From NCBI GenBank assembly GCA_000388065.2, contig KB932213.1: DNA of 7,101 bases. One strand, given 5' to 3'. The stretch comes from Fonticula alba ATCC 38817 (lineage: Eukaryota; Protista; Nucleariida). Numbering within the stretch: position 1 is the stretch's first letter; each line of letters starts with the position of its first letter. Under the pieces are notes generated by a model that made no database searches, was not told the origin of the DNA, and saw only the letters and a program-made list of their open reading frames with translations. This document shows positions 5,954 to 7,101 of this stretch, piece by piece. Position numbers and translations under genes: made by a program.

Positions 5954-6283
5954 NNNNNNNNNNNNNNNNNNNNNNNNNNNNNNNNNNNNNNNNNNNNNNN
6001 NNNNNNNNNNNNNNNNNNNNNNNNNNNNNNNNNNNNNNNNNNNNNNNNNNNNNNNNNNNNNNNNNNNNNNNNNNNNNNNNNNNNNNNNNNNNNNNNNNNN
6101 NNNNNNNNNNNNNNNNNNNNNNNNNNNNNNNNNNNNNNNNNNNNNNNNNNNNNNNNNNNNNNNNNNNNNNNNNNNNNNNNNNNNNNNNNNNNNNNNNNNN
6201 NNNNNNNNNNNNNNNNNNNNNNNNNNNNNNNNNNNNNNNNNNNNNNNNNNNNNNNNNNNNNNNNNNNNNNNNNNNNNNNNNNN
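5954..6283. other. Assembly gap (330 N), probably covering or abutting the start of the next gene
   Basis: Run of N starting at a poly-C tract. Confidence 0.99.
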
Positions 6284-7101
6284 CCGGCCCCGGGCAGGAG
6301 CCGGCCGCACGCGACCCCCAGCGGCGGCAGCCTCACGCCCCTGGCCTGGCTGCTGGCCGGCCTGGCCCTGCTGGCCGCCGCGGCCACCACGCGCGCCGCC
6401 CTGCTGCCCACCCCGGCCAGCCTGGAATACCACCTGCTGCGCATCTTCCCCGAAGTCCTCTACCAGGACGTCTCCCTCCGGCGGAACATCCACTTCTGCG
6501 ACTTCTTCAACCAGGACACTCTGTCGCTCGGGGCGCCGGACGGCCTGGACGACTTGTCCTTCTACGATTCGTACTACGTCCTGCGCATGGCGCCGGACGA
6601 CCGGGCCCCGGGGGATGCCGCCCCCCCGGGCACCCGGCGCCCGGTGCACTTTGCCCAAGACCACAACAACATCCCGGTCTGCATCTCGAAGCTGGCCTTC
6701 CCCCTGGCGCCCATGGCCTACTTCGACACTGTGTACAGCCCGGTCACCGGCCCCATCCAGGAGGTCTTCTACTCCCTCAGCAGACATTACACACACTATT
6801 CGAATGGGCACTTCGCCGTTATGAGGGCAATGTTCCCCCTGCTGCCGCCGGTCCCGGTCGCCACCTTTCCCATGGGCCCAGACCAGCCCTTTACCAGCCT
6901 GCTGAGCATCCACCTGACGACATCCACCACGCTCAAGGTCAGCCTGCTGAACGGTGGGGAAACGATGCCTCGGGAGACGTCTTGGCAGCTCGGGGACCTG
7001 TTGAATATCTCCAGCCTGGCCTCCGCGGACCTGGACAATGACGGCCTGCCGGAGGCCCTGGTCGTCAGCAAGTACGCCGACGACACCAACGGGCCGCTGG
7101 T
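6284..7101 (+). CDS. N-terminal part of a secreted or cell-surface protein with a signal-peptide-like segment and an FG-GAP/VCBS-type (integrin-alpha propeller-like) Ca-binding repeat; partial at both ends
   Basis: Frame 2 is open for 272 codons to the window end: PAPGRSRPHATPSGGSLTP-LAWLLAGLALLAAAATTRA-ALLPTPASLEYHLLRIFPEVLYQD...SSLASADLDNDGLPEALVVSKYADDTNGPL. Only 8 of 146 codons in 6341-6778 end in A/T. The hydrophobic core with an AxA-like cleavage site lies at 6341-6400. The DxDxDGxxE motif lies at 7028-7054. Confidence 0.9.

Noticed and set aside
1-7101. CRISPR array, prokaryotic operon or defence system
   Set aside because: There are no regularly spaced direct repeats with unique spacers and no Shine-Dalgarno or operon layout. 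The tRNA lacks encoded CCA and has a Pol III terminator, and the proteins are eukaryotic-type surface proteins.

Overview
This is very GC-rich eukaryotic draft-assembly DNA with two N gaps (1074-1653 and 5954-6283); it is not a prokaryotic locus. It contains three well-supported genes, all on the + strand. (1) The 3' part of a single-pass (type I) membrane protein gene (<2..2072): furin-like Cys-rich repeats, a Gly/Ser stalk, a transmembrane helix and a 26-aa tail. (2) An intronless tRNA-Lys(CTT) at 4963-5035 with a Pol III T-tract terminator. (3) The 5' part of a secreted or surface protein gene (<6284..>7101) with a signal-peptide-like core and an FG-GAP-type motif (DLDNDGLPE). This last reading frame is absent from the supplied ORF track because it runs off the window without a stop. 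Nearly all other long ORFs in the track look like GC-rich shadow frames. The most unusual non-coding signal is a lower-GC block just upstream of the tRNA (about 4527-4960). It holds a perfect 32-bp palindrome whose arms each match the Pol III B-box consensus, plus several further inverted repeats. A possible unannotated two-exon gene (3069-3277 joined to 3672-4233) has a (GT)31 tract in its putative intron. Composition and gene style recall the amoeboid opisthokont Fonticula, but this is an unverified impression.
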